From positions 5,675 to 69,674 of the forward strand of contig DAOWDU010000011.1 in the NCBI GenBank assembly GCA_030638825.1: 64,000 nt of DNA, in the 5' to 3' direction. The notes under the pieces are model-generated. The model had not been told where the DNA came from, ran no database searches, and worked only from the letters and a program-made list of their open reading frames with translations. Position numbers and translations under genes: made by a program. This DNA comes from a bacterium. GTDB lineage: Bacteria > Patescibacteriota > Minisyncoccia > JAHIHE01 > JAGLIN01. This document shows, piece by piece, positions 61,235 through 64,000 of this stretch; within the stretch, counting starts at the first letter, position 1; the number at the start of each line of letters is the position of its first letter.

Positions 61235-62434
61235 ATGATAAATAAAATAATTTTAACAATTGCGATATTATTTACAACACTCGCAACTCCCATTTTTGCG
61301 CAAAGTAATATTTCAAGTTCTGATGATAAAGTTGACCTTTATTTTTTTTGGGCGAATGGTTGTCCGCATTGCTCAAATGAAAAGGAATTTTTAAAAGAGC
61401 TGGAACAAGAATATTTAACTTTAGAAATTCATTATTTGGAAGTAACTCGCGATAAAGAAAGTATTGAATTGTTAAAAAAAGTCGGCAAAGAGCTAGATGT
61501 TAATATTTCCGGAGTACCTTTTACGGTAGTCGGCGAACACTATTTTATTGGTTATAATGAGCAAACTGGAGTGGCCATTAAAGAGGCGGTACAATGCGCT
61601 TTGCAAAATGGCTGTTATGACACAATTGGAAGTTTAATTACTTCCGCCACTCCTTTTCCTGAGCCGCAAAAAATAAAAACTATTCCAGAAAAAATAGACT
61701 TGCCATTTATTGGAGAAATGGAAACAAAAAATATTTCTTTGCCAATGTTAACAATAATTATCGGCGCGCTTGACGGGTTCAATCCCTGCGCGATGTGGGT
61801 ATTGGTATTTTTAATCGGCCTGCTTCTCGGAATGAAGGACAGAAAAAGAATGTGGATTTTGGGATCAATTTTCATTGTTACCTCCGCGTTTGTTTATTTT
61901 CTATTTATGTCTGCCTGGCTAAACCTTATTATATTCTTAGGTTTTATTGTTTGGATAAGAATTGTTATAGGACTGGTGGCTTTAGCTGGAGGCGGGTATA
62001 GTTTGAAGGAATATTTTATGAATAAAGAGGCGGTATGCAAAATTACTAATAATGATAAAAGACAAAAAACATTTAGCAAGCTAAAAGATATCACTCAACA
62101 AAAAAAAATGTGGTTGGCTATCGCTGGGATTATACTTTTGGCATTCGCTGTTAATTTGGTGGAATTGATTTGTTCCGCGGGACTGCCAGCGGTATATGTT
62201 CAGATTTTAACTTTGACGGAACTTCCAACTTGGCAATATTACGCGTATTTAGTTCTTTATATTTTCGTTTTTATGCTTGACGATCTATTTATCTTTTTTG
62301 TCGCTATGAAAACATTACAGATAACTGGAGTAACTACCAAATACATTCGCGCGTCGCGTCTAATTGGCGGAATAGTAATGATTGCTGTTGGCGTTCTCCT
62401 AATTTTCAAACCAGAGTTGTTGATGTTTGGATAG
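61235..62434 (+). CDS. Thioredoxin/glutaredoxin domain fused to DsbD-like transmembrane domain
   Basis: CPHC, GVPF; DGFNPCAMWVL and VELICSAG membrane cysteines. Confidence 0.85.
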   Translation: MINKIILTIAILFTTLATPIFAQSNISSSDDKVDLYFFWANGCPHCSNEKEFLKELEQEYLTLEIHYLEVTRDKESIELLKKVGKELDVNISGVPFTVVGEHYFIGYNEQTGVAIKEAVQCALQNGCYDTIGSLITSATPFPEPQKIKTIPEKIDLPFIGEMETKNISLPMLTIIIGALDGFNPCAMWVLVFLIGLLLGMKDRKRMWILGSIFIVTSAFVYFLFMSAWLNLIIFLGFIVWIRIVIGLVALAGGGYSLKEYFMNKEAVCKITNNDKRQKTFSKLKDITQQKKMWLAIAGIILLAFAVNLVELICSAGLPAVYVQILTLTELPTWQYYAYLVLYIFVFMLDDLFIFFVAMKTLQITGVTTKYIRASRLIGGIVMIAVGVLLIFKPELLMFG

Positions 62435-62452
62435 ATTCTGTAAATAAACTAA

Positions 62453-64000
62453 ATGATCAAAAAACTAATCAACGGAAAAACTGGGTCTATCACGACTGCC
62501 GCTTTTATTTTGGGAGCGGCATCTTTGGCAAGCAAAACGCTGGGGCTGCTTAGAGAAAATATTTTAGCGAGAGAATTTGGCGCTGGCCGTGAGATGGATA
62601 TTTATTTAGCCGCTTTTAGAATTCCTGATTTCATTTTTAACATCGTCGTGATCGGCGCTTTGTCTGCCGGTTTCATTCCCGTCTTTACAAAACTTATTTC
62701 CGAAAAAAAAGAACAGCGCGCTTTTCGAACTGCGAACGCTGTTTTAAATTTGCTTTTTGTAATTCTAATTTTTTTATGCGTCTTAGCAATTATTTTCGCG
62801 CCGAGTTTAATCAATCTTTTAACGCCTGGATTTGATAGCGCTAAAAAAGAAGCGACGGTTGAACTTACCCGCATTATGTTTTTAAGTCCGATCTTTTTAC
62901 TTCTCAGCAGTGTCATTGGCGGCATTCTTCAATCTTATCAAAGATTTTTTATTTATTCGCTCTCTCCCATTTTATACAATCTTGGCATTATCGCGGGAGC
63001 GCTTTATTTCACAGAATTGTGGGGATTGAAAGGATTGGCGTGGGGAGTTGTTCTCGGATCGTTTTTGCATTTTGTAGTCCAAATTCCTGTTGTTAGAAAA
63101 TTGGGATTTAGCTATCAGTGGATTATAGACCTAAAAGACAGCGGAGTTAGAAAAATTATCAAGATGATGATTCCTCGCACTCTTACGCTTTTCATAGTCC
63201 AGTTTAATCTTGTGATAATTACTATTATTGCTTCTACTTTGGATGAAGGAAGTTTGGCAGTTTTTAATTTTGCTAATAATTTGCAAAGTTTTCCTTTGGG
63301 ACTTTTTGCTATTTCATTTGCGATCGCTTCATTTCCAGTGTTGTCAGCTTTGAGCGGTGAAGAAAAAAGAAATGAGTTTGCGAAAAATTTAAACATTATT
63401 ACGAAACAAATATTATTTTTTATAATTCCAGCGAGCGTTTTGCTTATTATCTTGCGCGCGCAAATTGTCAGAGTGATTTTAGGATGGGGAAAATTTGACT
63501 GGCAGGATACTATTTTAACTTTGAACGCTTTGCAGATTTTTGCGTTAAGTTTATTTGCGCAAGCGTTAATCCCTCTTTTTTCACGCGCTTTTTGGGCATT
63601 GCATAATGCTAAAACACCATTTTTGACAGCTCTAATAAGCGCTGTCATAAATTTAATTTTGGCTATTACTCTAAGCGAACAATTTGGAATTTCTGGACTG
63701 GTCGGCGCTTTTTCTATTTCCGCGATTATTAACGCTTTACTCTTGTATTATTTTATAAATAAAAAACTGGACTTTGCTTGTCACCGTAAAATTTACAAAC
63801 CGCTTTTAAAAATAATTTTCGCTTCTGTAATCGCTGGATTATTTTCCTACGCAACTTTATATGCTATTGAACCTTTTCTAAACACGCGAACTGTCATCGG
63901 AATTTTTACGCAAGGATTATCAGCGGGACTTGTTGGAATTGCCGTTTATTGTTTTCTTGCCTGGAAACTTTCTATTGAAGAATTTATGATTTTCAAAAAT
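62453..64000 (+). CDS. murJ: Lipid II flippase MurJ, truncated by window edge
   Basis: Not in ORF track. MIKKLINGK...SKTLGLLRE..LAREFGAG..DIYLAAFRIPDFIFN..GALSAGFIPV. Confidence 0.93.
   Translation, partial: MIKKLINGKTGSITTAAFILGAASLASKTLGLLRENILAREFGAGREMDIYLAAFRIPDFIFNIVVIGALSAGFIPVFTKLISEKKEQRAFRTANAVLNLLFVILIFLCVLAIIFAPSLINLLTPGFDSAKKEATVELTRIMFLSPIFLLLSSVIGGILQSYQRFFIYSLSPILYNLGIIAGALYFTELWGLKGLAWGVVLGSFLHFVVQIPVVRKLGFSYQWIIDLKDSGVRKIIKMMIPRTLTLFIVQFNLVIITIIASTLDEGSLAVFNFANNLQSFPLGLFAISFAIASFPVLSALSGEEKRNEFAKNLNIITKQILFFIIPASVLLIILRAQIVRVILGWGKFDWQDTILTLNALQIFALSLFAQALIPLFSRAFWALHNAKTPFLTALISAVINLILAITLSEQFGISGLVGAFSISAIINALLLYYFINKKLDFACHRKIYKPLLKIIFASVIAGLFSYATLYAIEPFLNTRTVIGIFTQGLSAGLVGIAVYCFLAWKLSIEEFMIFKN

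Noticed and set aside
62602-63648. Minus-strand ORFs 62602-62925 and 63115-63648
   Set aside because: Antisense to murJ, which runs off the window on the plus strand.

Overview
AT-rich chromosomal segment of a Patescibacteria/CPR (Parcubacteria-like) bacterium using genetic code 11 (TGA acts as stop); the lineage is inferred from gene content. It contains housekeeping genes (nfo, nrnA, rbfA, infB, rplS, ligA, valS, pnp, rpsO, pcrA, rsmA, gyrA, a Xer recombinase, murJ), five tRNAs (Phe-GAA, Leu-GAG, Ser-CGA, Gly-GCC and an unusual Ile-UAU) and RNase P RNA. It also has a type IV pilus operon, a CPR-type T4SS-like cluster (VirB6-, PrgI-, VirB4-like and a pilin), a broken MNT-HEPN pair and a deleted AAA-ATPase pseudogene. 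The most striking feature is a dense set of small selfish-looking repeats: several REP-like palindrome families plus 7/8/10-mer tandem arrays arranged as inverted arms. They occur (i) flanking small genes (four-helix-bundle, PaaX/Cas2-like), (ii) as gene-less 'empty' copies, and (iii) as more than a dozen in-frame insertions in core genes (valS x4, nfo x2, ligA x2, pilD x2, pcrA, rsmA, xer, a beta-helix gene), plus one inside the RNase P RNA. No CRISPR array, reverse transcriptase, transposase or prophage was seen. Coordinates outside the ORF track were counted by eye and may be off by a few bases.
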